Virus record (IMG/VR): IMGVR_UViG_3300031952_000001
Location: 62,001-126,000 of that record
DNA length: 64,000 bases
Reading direction: 5' to 3' (one strand)
The first letter of the stretch is position 1; every line of letters begins with the position of its first letter. This document shows positions 10,864 to 20,173 of the stretch, one piece after another. The position numbers were made by a program, and so were the translations under genes. The notes under the pieces were generated by a model. That model was not told the DNA's origin. It was given only the letters and a program-made list of their open reading frames with translations, and made no database searches.

Positions 10864-11297
10864 CGCAGAAGCGTAGCTGGAGGGACTGGGCGATCAACTT
10901 TGTGCGGGAGACCAATGCGTGTGTCGGTGAGGTGCCGGCCACGGGCCTCCCTACGGACATGATGACCGAGGACGAGTTCAAGATGACGGTCAGTCACTCC
11001 CACAGCGCAGAGCACTGTCCGCACTTCCTGAACGAGAGGCTGGCGATCCCCGTGTCGCCCGACCTGCGGGAGATCCGCGGGATCGATGCTTCACCGATCA
11101 CGGAGGACGACGTCGCTCGCGGGAAGAAGACCTTCGTGAAGAGCGGGGAGCCCCTCAGCGCGGTGGATCGCCTCAAGCGGGCGCTTCACACCTACGTGGA
11201 CCTCATCGAGATCAAGGAGGGTGGGCGTCTCAGCGTGCCCCAGCAGCTGATGAAGTTCGAGGTGTTCCTCCACGAGTTTTTCGACGTTAAGGGGTAG
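10860..11297 (+). CDS. hypothetical protein
   Basis: Operon-coupled ORF. Confidence 0.65.
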   Translation: MTQKRSWRDWAINFVRETNACVGEVPATGLPTDMMTEDEFKMTVSHSHSAEHCPHFLNERLAIPVSPDLREIRGIDASPITEDDVARGKKTFVKSGEPLSAVDRLKRALHTYVDLIEIKEGGRLSVPQQLMKFEVFLHEFFDVKG

Positions 11298-11307
11298 CTG
11301 ATCGGCC

Positions 11308-12270
11308 ATGAACAAGTGCGATACCCCGTACTGCCCCCGGCTGATACCTTCGGCACGCCTGAAGCGCGCGACGAAGGAGGGGTACCACTTTTGTGATCGG
11401 TGCCGGGGTGAGCACTCGTACAGGGTTCTCGTTGCGCAGACGCAACACGGCATGCCGATCAAGGAGCTGCTCCTGGAGGCCAGCTCCTTCCAGTCGGCCG
11501 GCAGCATGGCGGACTACGTCGGGGTGAGCTTCGTCACGGTCTACCACTGGATCCTGCGCTACTACGACATGTCCTTCCAGGAGTTCCGCAGGAGGTACAT
11601 CTGCAAGAAGTCGTCTCGCGGTCAGTGCTACCACCTCGACCTCGGGCGGTCGACGTACAGCCGGAACGACTACGTGGTGAAGAAGATCAAGGCCAAGAGG
11701 TTCTGCGCGTGCCTCAACGCCCTGGAGCGGAACCTGATCATGACGAACGCTCCGCTGCACGTCATGCAGTCGGTGCTCCGGGGGAAGCCCAGGATCGAGA
11801 AGATCTCGGACGATGTCTTTGCCCTCGTGCCTGATCCGATCATGTTCATCTTGGAGCGCCCGGTGTACCTCGATCTGCACCAAGGCGTTCCAGCCAAGAA
11901 GTCCAAGAAGTCCAAGAAGCGCGATCACGTACAGAAAAAGAGACTCCCTCGGGTACCCGGAACCCTGAAATTCCGTGAAAAAGTCCTCACAGCCCTGCAT
12001 GCGCTTGGGGGCTCCGCAACCGTCGATACGATACGCTTCAGCATCCTGACTTGCGAGGGTGAACACCCCCGGGCGAACAACACGAGACGCCTGCTGTACC
12101 AGCACGCCGCGCTCTTCAAGCTCTCTTCGGACGACAGCAAAGTGATCGAGCTGACGGACTTCGGGATACAGGTGGCGGAGGCGCTGATCAAGGCCTCTGA
12201 GGTGGGCGGCGGTCCCGCGGTTGTTAAGGAGGACACGAAATTTAAAAAATCGAAAGGACCTGTCGTATAG
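11308..12270 (+). CDS. putative DNA-binding regulator (Zn-finger, HTH and a wHTH-like C-terminus)
   Basis: CDTPYC..CDRC; MADYVGVSFVTVYHWI looks like an HTH; C-terminal KVLTALHALGGSATVDTI. Confidence 0.45.
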   Translation: MNKCDTPYCPRLIPSARLKRATKEGYHFCDRCRGEHSYRVLVAQTQHGMPIKELLLEASSFQSAGSMADYVGVSFVTVYHWILRYYDMSFQEFRRRYICKKSSRGQCYHLDLGRSTYSRNDYVVKKIKAKRFCACLNALERNLIMTNAPLHVMQSVLRGKPRIEKISDDVFALVPDPIMFILERPVYLDLHQGVPAKKSKKSKKRDHVQKKRLPRVPGTLKFREKVLTALHALGGSATVDTIRFSILTCEGEHPRANNTRRLLYQHAALFKLSSDDSKVIELTDFGIQVAEALIKASEVGGGPAVVKEDTKFKKSKGPVV

Positions 12271-12280
12271 TAGACTCGTC

Positions 12281-12607
12281 ATGGGACCAGTTACGGAAAA
12301 ATTTCTACTGGACTTCATGGGGCACGCGAAGGCGCTGAGCCTCTACAGAGGCAAGCGTGCTTCGAACCCAGCGGAAAATCCGTACTGGATGAACCTCCTG
12401 GAGGGTGCGGCAAAGGCGTTGACTGTTGTTGCCATCGGGACCTTGGACTGGAAGCTCGGAGCGATTTCGAAGTTGCTTGAGTCCTGGCTCGATGATAAAC
12501 GTAGGGAGTATGCGGAAACGCAGAGAAAAACTGAGTACGGTTACAACGTGAACCTGATTCAGAACGTCCCTTCGAGTGACAGCAGCTGGAGCCACACGTA
12601 CTACTAG
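12281..12607 (+). CDS. hypothetical protein
   Basis: ORF filling the gap; relatively AT-rich. Confidence 0.55.
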   Translation: MGPVTEKFLLDFMGHAKALSLYRGKRASNPAENPYWMNLLEGAAKALTVVAIGTLDWKLGAISKLLESWLDDKRREYAETQRKTEYGYNVNLIQNVPSSDSSWSHTYY

Positions 12608-12618
12608 GGTACGGAGAG

Positions 12619-13470
12619 ATGACGATGAGAACGGAACGACGCATCGCTGATCACCACGAAGATCCTCGGGTCGCTCACCACCTGTGGGCCGCTGATGAGG
12701 ACGAGGGTGGCGTTCACGTCCGTCGCAACAGACAGGAGCCTGAGATGTTCCCTGGAGAGCCGAAGACCGCGAAGACCGCGGCGACGTTGTCGCAGAAGAT
12801 TGCGGCCGAGAAGTGCGTGGCCTGCCTGGGGCTGTTCGGTGCGGATCTGGTCGACGATCCGACCCTGAACAGTGACCTCCCTGTCGGGGTCGTGGGTCGC
12901 TTCAACGCGGCAGTTCGCGATGAAGGGGCTCCGAAGGTCCGTGACTGGGACGAGCTGCGCAGGGCGTTCGGGCCCGAGAAGATCGCGCACGCCCGGAAGG
13001 CCATCGGTCGCGGGATGCAGACCCGTCTGACTTCGAAGGCGTGGAACCTCCCGTTCCTGATGACGTCGGACATCCTGGACCAGTTCCCGAGCGTCCCTCT
13101 GGAGCGGGTGGCCCAGGCGGTCGAGTTCATCCGGTCGACTCCTCCCGATAGGCGGGTAGGGTCCACGATGGACTTCATCGCGCGTCGGGTGGCGAAGATC
13201 TTCGAGGAGTACAGCGATCCGAGTTCGCGCCGGCTCGCGGTCGACGAGAAGGCTTCGGCCTACTGGCAGTCCTACTACGGCCCATTCGGCAAGGAGCTGG
13301 TCCGTGAGGTGCAGAAGCGCGTCCGCGCCGACCTCGCCGGCATCTGGCTCCGGAAGAACGGGGTCGATGAGGTGGCGGCCGAATACTGGAGGAAGTATTT
13401 CGGTGAGTACGGAGACAAGTGGGTCACCGTGGTCCCGAAGAAGCTGTCCCCCTCGAACGCCAAGCGGTAG
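12619..13470 (+). CDS. hypothetical protein with two VDExAxxYWxxY[FY]Gx[FY]G modules
   Basis: Internal repeat shared with ORF 14556..18617. Confidence 0.7.
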   Translation: MTMRTERRIADHHEDPRVAHHLWAADEDEGGVHVRRNRQEPEMFPGEPKTAKTAATLSQKIAAEKCVACLGLFGADLVDDPTLNSDLPVGVVGRFNAAVRDEGAPKVRDWDELRRAFGPEKIAHARKAIGRGMQTRLTSKAWNLPFLMTSDILDQFPSVPLERVAQAVEFIRSTPPDRRVGSTMDFIARRVAKIFEEYSDPSSRRLAVDEKASAYWQSYYGPFGKELVREVQKRVRADLAGIWLRKNGVDEVAAEYWRKYFGEYGDKWVTVVPKKLSPSNAKR

Positions 13471-13472
13471 AA

Positions 13473-13817
13473 ATGCCGCTCGAAACCCCCGAAAATTTCC
13501 AGGAAATTCTGAAAGACTTCGTAGAGAAGCACGGTACCGGCAAGGCCAAGGGCCTCTCCGAGCTGCTGGCCCTCATGAAGAAGGCCAAGGCGAAGAAGCC
13601 TCCCGCAGCTCCTGAAGAGAAGAAGCCCGAGAACGACTGTCCTGAGGACGTTGAGGACTGTTCGGACGTCGTTAGTCCCTGTTGTAACGTTCCGGTATCG
13701 ACTGTCTTTGGAACTTTGCCTTTGAAGGTCAGTTGCAGGCAGTGCGGGAAGGAATACCTGCTGGGGGTGCTCATGAGGGGCCTTCTGAGGAAGTCGAAAA
13801 CGCCTGCCGTACTTTAG
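13473..13817 (+). CDS. hypothetical zinc-finger protein
   Basis: SPCCNVP ... CRQCGK. Confidence 0.6.
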   Translation: MPLETPENFQEILKDFVEKHGTGKAKGLSELLALMKKAKAKKPPAAPEEKKPENDCPEDVEDCSDVVSPCCNVPVSTVFGTLPLKVSCRQCGKEYLLGVLMRGLLRKSKTPAVL

Positions 13818-13874
13818 AACTTGGCAAAGACCTTGTGCTAGAGTTGCCTGCGAAGCTGAGATTCTTTGTAGACA

Positions 13875-14516
13875 ATGGAGAGGAAAATGAACCCATTCGG
13901 ACGCAACGTGTGCCAGGACCTCGCGGACCTCGCTGGACAGGACGTGCACGGCATCAACATGAGCCGACTTGCGGCTCGGTACTCCCAAGCCGCTGCCGAG
14001 CGCCACGCCCGGGATGAGGCCAACCAGGAAGAGTTCAACCTGAACCTTCCGATGGTGGAGATGGTCCAGAAGAGGATCGCGGAGCAGCTCGCTGCCGAGG
14101 CGGACGAGGTCAACGGCCACCTCCCCATCGCGTCCGTCTTCGATGCCTACCAGATCGTGAAGGCGCGGAAGGACGTGGACAAGGATCCGGGTCTGCGAGC
14201 GCTGTACGGGCACCTGGAGGCGATGTGGAAGAAGAACCGCTCGGCCTCCATCTCCGCGAACAGTTACCTCCGCCTCCACGATCACTACAAGAGCCGCTAC
14301 CCCAGGTCTGCCGCGGTGGAGGTGATCGAGGAGATCGGTCACAAGGGGTACGCCACGCTGCCGCTGTCCGATCTCACTCGCATCGCGTCGACCATCGAGA
14401 GCCAGGCGGACTTCGACAAGGCGATGATCTACTACGGGCTGGGTGGGCCGGCTCCGCATCAGGTGAAGGCGCGTCGGTACATCCTCGCGCTGCTGAACGG
14501 CGAGGACGCGGAGTAG
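13875..14516 (+). CDS. hypothetical protein
   Basis: Long ORF with genome-typical codon usage. Confidence 0.75.
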   Translation: MERKMNPFGRNVCQDLADLAGQDVHGINMSRLAARYSQAAAERHARDEANQEEFNLNLPMVEMVQKRIAEQLAAEADEVNGHLPIASVFDAYQIVKARKDVDKDPGLRALYGHLEAMWKKNRSASISANSYLRLHDHYKSRYPRSAAVEVIEEIGHKGYATLPLSDLTRIASTIESQADFDKAMIYYGLGGPAPHQVKARRYILALLNGEDAE

Positions 14517-14555
14517 TTCTTGGATTTCACGTCGTAGACGAAAAGGATAAGGAAC

Positions 14556-17500
14556 ATGCCGAACACGAGGACGCAAGGACACAAGGCCGACCGGCTTCAG
14601 CCCAAGAAGGTCGCGGAAGCTCTGTACCACGACGTGCCGGTGGAGCACCGGGGGTGGTTGATCCGCATCAACTCGAAGACGGACACCATCGAGGTGTTCC
14701 CCCCCAAGGGGGACACGCGGCATCAGGCGTTCGAGACCGACCTGTGCCACCTGGATCGGGCGGTCAGGGACTTCTGCAAGCTCGCGGACATGCCGATCCC
14801 CGGGGTGAACAAGCACCCCAAGGACCAGGTCAGTGTGGGCTCGCCTTCGAAGGTCCTCGGCCCCGACTCGTCCGTGGGTGAGGGCTGGAAGAACCCGAAG
14901 ATCAACGAGCGTCCGACCGGTCTGGATCAGAAGGGCACCTCGGCTCCGAACAAGAACCTCGGCGTCGACACCTCCAGCGAGAACGTTCCCCACTTCAATC
15001 CGCAGATCACCAAGCGCCCGAAGGATCCGGTCGGCCGCGGTGGGCTCCCGGACACGAGCCTCGGCGAGGACACCTCCAGCGCTCCGACGCACTGGAGGGA
15101 CCGGATCGTGAAGGTTCAGGAGGACGGCCGTACGGGTCGTCACGAGGCGCTCCACCCGGCCCAGAAGCCCCGCCGCGGCCCCGGCCAGCTCGGGTACGGC
15201 AAGGCCCAGATGGGTGAGGAAGCCGCTCCCATGGTGGACGGCTCCGGTCCGACGGACGGCATCATGGCGCGTCGTCGTCGCGCCGACTCCGATCCCTTCG
15301 ACGTCACCCCGGTCGAGGAGCCCGGCAAGAAGCTGAACAAGGGTGAGGATCCGTCCGATCCGGACGAGGTCATCTCCACCGAGCAGGGCGAGGGCGAGGA
15401 GCTGCGGACCGAGACGGAGGGCCAGCACGACAAGGAGGGCCGCTTCACGGACTCCTTCCAGTTCCCGAAGGTCGACGCTTCCGAAGCCTACCGCCAGATG
15501 ACGGCGAAGCGGCCGAGCGCGGAGCTTCTGAAGGACATCCTGGACCCGAAGAAGTGGGCCGCGGGGAACCTGATGGACCCCGCCGGCACCTTCGACGACT
15601 CCAACGAGCTGGAGCCCCTCCCTGACGAGGACATGCCGGGTCCGGTCGAGGACTCGGACGGTGGCTACTTCGAGCCGGACGCGGACGAGCTGGTCCTGTA
15701 CATCACGAACGACAACGACCTGTACGAGCGCAACCTCATGCCCATCGTCAAGAATCTCATGCGGAAGGTGAAGAACGGCACCTTCGACGAGACCCTTTCG
15801 GTCAAGCTCTGGGGGTACCTGGCGGAGGCCGGTGCGCAGAAGTACGCCAAGGAGATGGAGGGTTCCGTCCGCCCCATGCCATGGCACAAGCTCTTCCCGA
15901 CGTCGGTGAGGCAGCAGGCCGCGCAACAGCTGGCCGAGCACTACAACCCGGCTATTCTCGCCGGGGAGTTCGGCGACGTCTGGCCGAAGGCCGGTCAGGC
16001 AGCTCTTCCCGTCGAGGCCGATGGGGACGTCGAGGGTTGCTCCGATGGCAGCGCCAAGAAGGCTGTCCCGCCTTCCGGTGTCGACCAGGGCACGTTCCAA
16101 GGTGCCGAGGATGTCCCCCCGGGTGCGATGCCTGTGAGGGGCCGCCGTCAGGCAGGTCCCCGCCTCCGCGAGAACTGGGGTGCGGCCGGCGAGTATGGCC
16201 GTGATCTCGAAGCCGAGTCCGGTGAGGAGCTGCACGCTCTGACGCTGGCGCTCGGAGGGCAGGAGGTCGACTGGACTCCGTTCCGTCCGACCATGCCAGC
16301 TGGTGGGGAGGTCGAAGAGGGCGAGGAGCAGAAGAGCACCCAGCCTGAGGGCCCGAAGGCTCAAGGTGCAGGGGTTCCGGCCCCCGCGCCGGCAGCTCCG
16401 ATGACCGCTCGGATGCGTGAGGAGGTCGCGGGGAGGGGCCTGGGTTTTTTTAGCCAACGGGCCCCCTCCAAGGATGCCAGGCTCGACCCCAACGGCTTCA
16501 TGCAGCCGGACATCCAGAAGGGGACTTGGATCATTCTCGAAGGGGACAATCATGGAGAAGTGATCCCTGCGGATCTCGTCGACATGACAGAAGTTCAGGA
16601 GATGCAGCGGGTTCTCGCTGAGGATCCGAACGAGGTCATCGATCTGAAGGGTACCGATCTCGGTCAGTACACCGAGAACAACCAGCTGTACTCCATCGAG
16701 ATCAAGGATGGCTTCGGTGCCCGCTTGAGCGCTCCGGGCTACATGGATGCGACCGAGTGGGCGGTCTTCGACACCGAAGAGGAGGCGATGGCCTACCTCG
16801 AAGAGACCTACGGTGACGACGACTTCGAGGAGGAAGAAGAGGGTGAAGAGCACCTCGCTTCTCGTACCGCAGGTCCCGCCGACTTCATCGATCCGAACGA
16901 GCCCAAGCCCCAGGGCAATCCGACGGACGAGTTCCTCCACTCCGAGGGCAACCCCCCGGTCGACGAGGGTCAGCAGATGGGTGCTGGCAGTCCGGTCAAG
17001 CAGGGTCGCCGTCGCGCTCAGATGGGGAAGGGCGTGTACGAGGTTGTCGTCGGCAATATCGGTTCAGTCTATTACGGGAGCGATGAGCAAGAAGCCCATG
17101 ATGACTTCGTGGAGTACGTGGACCAGTCCAAGAGTGGTTACGGTCGAGCAAGTGGTGAGGACGTCACACTATTCTTGGATGGAGAGATCATCGAAGAGCA
17201 TCTGGGTGAGGTGAATCCAGAAGAGCAGTCGGGGGCTGGTCTTGGAACCGGTGGTGGTCCCGAGAAGCGGGTAAACTGGACGGATGAAGGCCAGGGCCCC
17301 TACCGCAACAAGAACTCACGCCGTCAGGCCGGCGGGTTCTACGAGGACGACGAGGTACCGGCTGGCGCTGGGGGGTCTTCCCAGAGCGTTGCGGACAACT
17401 ACATCAACGGCAACTGGGAAGACGTCATCAACGCCATCCAGGGGAACGTCAAGCTGGCCTTCGATGTTCTCGAAATGCTCCCTCCGGAAGCTCACGACGA

Positions 17501-18617
17501 GTACATCGAGTTCGTGAAGAAGGTCGCCTCGAAAGAGGCGGTCGACGAGAAGGCCAAGGACTACTGGGGTGGCTACTTCGGCGAGTACGGCAAGGACCTG
17601 ACCGAGGAGAAGAAGCTCACGAAGCCGCCGTCGGGTGGGTCCAAGAAGAAGGAAGACCCGAAGGAGGCTCGTCGGCAGGCCATGCTGAGGGCTCGGAAGC
17701 TCGCCCAGGCCGCGGCCCCGATAGCCCAGCCAGCTCCTCCGGCACTGTCACCGACCAACCCTCCGGCGAGTGGCGCAGCCCCGGCCGCCCCCGGCGCTCC
17801 CGCGGCTCCCAAGCCGGCCCCAGGCGCTCCTGGAGCGGCTCCTGGAGCGGCCCCGATGACCACCAAAGCGCCTCCGAGTCCCATGCCCGCGGGCTCGGGT
17901 GACGCCGGGTTGCAGACTCTCGGCTGGACGGCCGAGGAGATCAGCCTGATGGACGAGGAGGACAAGAAGAAGATCCTCCAGATCAAGCTCTCGAAGCCGG
18001 GTTCGGGCTCCAAGCCGAAGACGCCAGGCTCTGATTCCAAGGCTCCGGCAGGTCCGGGAGGCCCTGGGGGTGGTGGCAGCGGTCCCGTAGCGCCCACCAT
18101 CCCACCGTCGCCCCTCGCGCCGACCCCGGGCAACGTTCCGGCAGGTGCGACTCCGGCCCCGGGCGCTCCGAAACCGACCGCGGCTGTTCAGCAGCGTCTC
18201 GCGGCCATGATCCTGAAGAAGGTGGAGCGCCGCCGGGCGATCCGCGCCCAGGTCACTCCGCCGGGGTCGGCCGATCCGAACATGACGCCCCCGGTGGGCA
18301 CTTCCACGGCTGCCCAGCCAGGGGCTCCGGTTGCCGGCCCTACGGCCGGTCCGGGCAAGAGCGCCCCGGGTGCTGCTGCCACTCCTCCGAAGGCTCCTCC
18401 TCCGGGCGGTGAGGGCTCCGCAGACCAGAAGGCATTCGACATCCTCCAGGCGGTGCAGCAGGCTCCCGTGTCCGCCGCGTCTCCGGAGCAGGTTCTGAGC
18501 GCGAAGGTGTCGGAATTGGCTCGACGACTGCTCACTGAAATTGGTATGACGACCAGTGATGCAAAGCAGTTGTTCGGGATCCCGTCTGACGGCGGGCTGG
18601 ACAAGCTCTTCCAGTAA
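14556..18617 (+). CDS. 1353-aa acidic/Pro-rich multi-module protein (putative virion cargo polyprotein)
   Basis: Globular-looking modules separated by RR[QR]A/KAQ junctions; Pro/Ala/Gly-rich C-terminus. Confidence 0.75.
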   Translation: MPNTRTQGHKADRLQPKKVAEALYHDVPVEHRGWLIRINSKTDTIEVFPPKGDTRHQAFETDLCHLDRAVRDFCKLADMPIPGVNKHPKDQVSVGSPSKVLGPDSSVGEGWKNPKINERPTGLDQKGTSAPNKNLGVDTSSENVPHFNPQITKRPKDPVGRGGLPDTSLGEDTSSAPTHWRDRIVKVQEDGRTGRHEALHPAQKPRRGPGQLGYGKAQMGEEAAPMVDGSGPTDGIMARRRRADSDPFDVTPVEEPGKKLNKGEDPSDPDEVISTEQGEGEELRTETEGQHDKEGRFTDSFQFPKVDASEAYRQMTAKRPSAELLKDILDPKKWAAGNLMDPAGTFDDSNELEPLPDEDMPGPVEDSDGGYFEPDADELVLYITNDNDLYERNLMPIVKNLMRKVKNGTFDETLSVKLWGYLAEAGAQKYAKEMEGSVRPMPWHKLFPTSVRQQAAQQLAEHYNPAILAGEFGDVWPKAGQAALPVEADGDVEGCSDGSAKKAVPPSGVDQGTFQGAEDVPPGAMPVRGRRQAGPRLRENWGAAGEYGRDLEAESGEELHALTLALGGQEVDWTPFRPTMPAGGEVEEGEEQKSTQPEGPKAQGAGVPAPAPAAPMTARMREEVAGRGLGFFSQRAPSKDARLDPNGFMQPDIQKGTWIILEGDNHGEVIPADLVDMTEVQEMQRVLAEDPNEVIDLKGTDLGQYTENNQLYSIEIKDGFGARLSAPGYMDATEWAVFDTEEEAMAYLEETYGDDDFEEEEEGEEHLASRTAGPADFIDPNEPKPQGNPTDEFLHSEGNPPVDEGQQMGAGSPVKQGRRRAQMGKGVYEVVVGNIGSVYYGSDEQEAHDDFVEYVDQSKSGYGRASGEDVTLFLDGEIIEEHLGEVNPEEQSGAGLGTGGGPEKRVNWTDEGQGPYRNKNSRRQAGGFYEDDEVPAGAGGSSQSVADNYINGNWEDVINAIQGNVKLAFDVLEMLPPEAHDEYIEFVKKVASKEAVDEKAKDYWGGYFGEYGKDLTEEKKLTKPPSGGSKKKEDPKEARRQAMLRARKLAQAAAPIAQPAPPALSPTNPPASGAAPAAPGAPAAPKPAPGAPGAAPGAAPMTTKAPPSPMPAGSGDAGLQTLGWTAEEISLMDEEDKKKILQIKLSKPGSGSKPKTPGSDSKAPAGPGGPGGGGSGPVAPTIPPSPLAPTPGNVPAGATPAPGAPKPTAAVQQRLAAMILKKVERRRAIRAQVTPPGSADPNMTPPVGTSTAAQPGAPVAGPTAGPGKSAPGAAATPPKAPPPGGEGSADQKAFDILQAVQQAPVSAASPEQVLSAKVSELARRLLTEIGMTTSDAKQLFGIPSDGGLDKLFQ

Positions 18618-18627
18618 AGGAGTAGTC

Positions 18628-19176
18628 ATGGAGTCATTCGTTCTTCAGAATACCGGTCGAGGGCAGATCGCCTTCATGCTCAACCCTCCAGTCCACATGG
18701 AGGAGGGGATGCCGAAACACAAGAGGCGCAAGGCTCTCCGCGAGAACGTGCAGAGCATCGTGATCCCCCAGGCCGGCTCCGTCGACCTGGTGGAGAAGAC
18801 GGGCCTCTCGGTGAAGGTCTTGCGGCAGCTGCCCGAGATCCTCACCATTCTGCGCAACCCGAACGTGCGGTGGGTCGAGGATGTGAACGCACCGACCACT
18901 CCTCCAGCCGAGCCGAAGCCTGCGCCGCTACCTCCGGTGGAAGCTCCAAAGCCAGTTCCTGTTCCGGTCGAGCCCGAGCCCGCCCGTGAGGTGGTCGTTC
19001 CGCCTCCGCCGGCTCCGGTTGTGGAAGCGCCTCCGGCTCCGGAGCCCGAGAAGGCTCCAGAGGCTCCCCCGGCAGCGATGCCGGCCGGTCTGCCTCCGGG
19101 AGCGTCCCCAGAGCCGGTTCGTACGGGCAAGACCAAGGGTGGGTACAACAAGGCAAAAGGGAACTCGAAGCCCTAG
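18628..19176 (+). CDS. hypothetical protein with Pro-rich tail
   Basis: SD AAGGAG before ATG 18628. Confidence 0.7.
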   Translation: MESFVLQNTGRGQIAFMLNPPVHMEEGMPKHKRRKALRENVQSIVIPQAGSVDLVEKTGLSVKVLRQLPEILTILRNPNVRWVEDVNAPTTPPAEPKPAPLPPVEAPKPVPVPVEPEPAREVVVPPPPAPVVEAPPAPEPEKAPEAPPAAMPAGLPPGASPEPVRTGKTKGGYNKAKGNSKP

Positions 19177-19188
19177 TGGAGGTTCCTT

Positions 19189-19800
19189 TTGCTCGTCAAG
19201 CTCAACACCCGTGCTTTCGTGGACGACTTCGGGCTCCTCGTCGAGGGGCCCGAGCCTTTCATCCACATGTACGAGTCCGGTGTCGTGCGGGTGACCTCGG
19301 GCATGAAGATCATCCCGGTCGTGAAGGTCAAAGGCCGGTGGGTGGAGAAGGACGCCAAGCTCACTTGTGAGGTGGCCGACACCCACGAGAAGAAGATCCG
19401 CGGCTTGCAGATGCACACGGCCCTGGGGCGGAACAGAGGTCTGTTCTTCCCGTACGCAGGACCCACCGACGTCACCTTCCACCAAGGCACGGTCCCCTTC
19501 CCACTCGACATCATGTTCATCCGGGAGGGTTCCGTGATCCAGATCGAGCGCAACACGAAGGTGGGCGGTTCTGATCGGTGGTCCTGCAAGGGGTGCGACA
19601 GCGTGATCGAGGTGACCGCCGGATTCTGCGAGGACAAGAAGATCAACGTAGACGATCAGCTCATCTTCTTCGCCTACTCCGATCAGGACATCCAGGCCTA
19701 CGAGGCGGACAGGGTCGCGATCCAGAACGAGGAAGTGATCAACCCGAGCGAGTGCATCGCCAGCCTGGCGAGCGCGATAGTGGGTGGTGAAATTGACTGA
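19189..19800 (+). CDS. DUF192-family domain protein
   Basis: CEVADT..IRGLQ..RGLFF..TFHQGTVPFPLDIMFI..SVIEVTAG. Confidence 0.75.
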   Translation: MLVKLNTRAFVDDFGLLVEGPEPFIHMYESGVVRVTSGMKIIPVVKVKGRWVEKDAKLTCEVADTHEKKIRGLQMHTALGRNRGLFFPYAGPTDVTFHQGTVPFPLDIMFIREGSVIQIERNTKVGGSDRWSCKGCDSVIEVTAGFCEDKKINVDDQLIFFAYSDQDIQAYEADRVAIQNEEVINPSECIASLASAIVGGEID

Positions 19801-20167
19801 CAAGCTCCCAGATACGCTGTTCGGCTACATCCTGTACTTCGACGGTTCGGTGATGCGGGCTCTCTCTGATCGCAACACCGCAGAGAGCGTCTGGGAGGCG
19901 GTGTTCTCGGCGCGGGCGAAGCCGAGATCGATCATCAAGTTCTGGAACCCACCGAACGGTGGGAAGTACACGGACATCTGGGTGGACGCGACCAAGGTGA
20001 TCGCGGTGCGTACCGCTGACGAAGAGATCTCGATAGCGCAGCCCAATCTGGAGTTGCAGCGCAGGGCCGATCAGCAGCGGCGTGAGGCCCAGCATGCAGC
20101 CCAGCGGGGCGGTCGCGTGACCATAGGGCAGGAAGCCATCCCTCATGGGGCTGGTAGAAAAAGGTAG
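19784..20167 (+). CDS. hypothetical protein
   Basis: Operon-coupled ORF. Confidence 0.6.
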   Translation: MVKLTDKLPDTLFGYILYFDGSVMRALSDRNTAESVWEAVFSARAKPRSIIKFWNPPNGGKYTDIWVDATKVIAVRTADEEISIAQPNLELQRRADQQRREAQHAAQRGGRVTIGQEAIPHGAGRKR

Positions 20168-20173
20168 GGGACG

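Noticed and set aside
1-12600. Cellular chromosome (recA, thyX, tig, ssrA)
   Set aside because: No usual bacterial synteny (recX, clpP/clpX, smpB absent), most genes are unknowns, and repeated early-promoter cassettes point to a large phage. Hallmark virion genes are not in the window, so this remains an inference.
13275-16940. 1221-aa minus-strand ORF and similar long antisense ORFs (19739..21889, 22235..24529, 50700..52601)
   Set aside because: Shadow frames of high-GC + strand genes: rich in L/V/R/H/G, no motifs and no SD.
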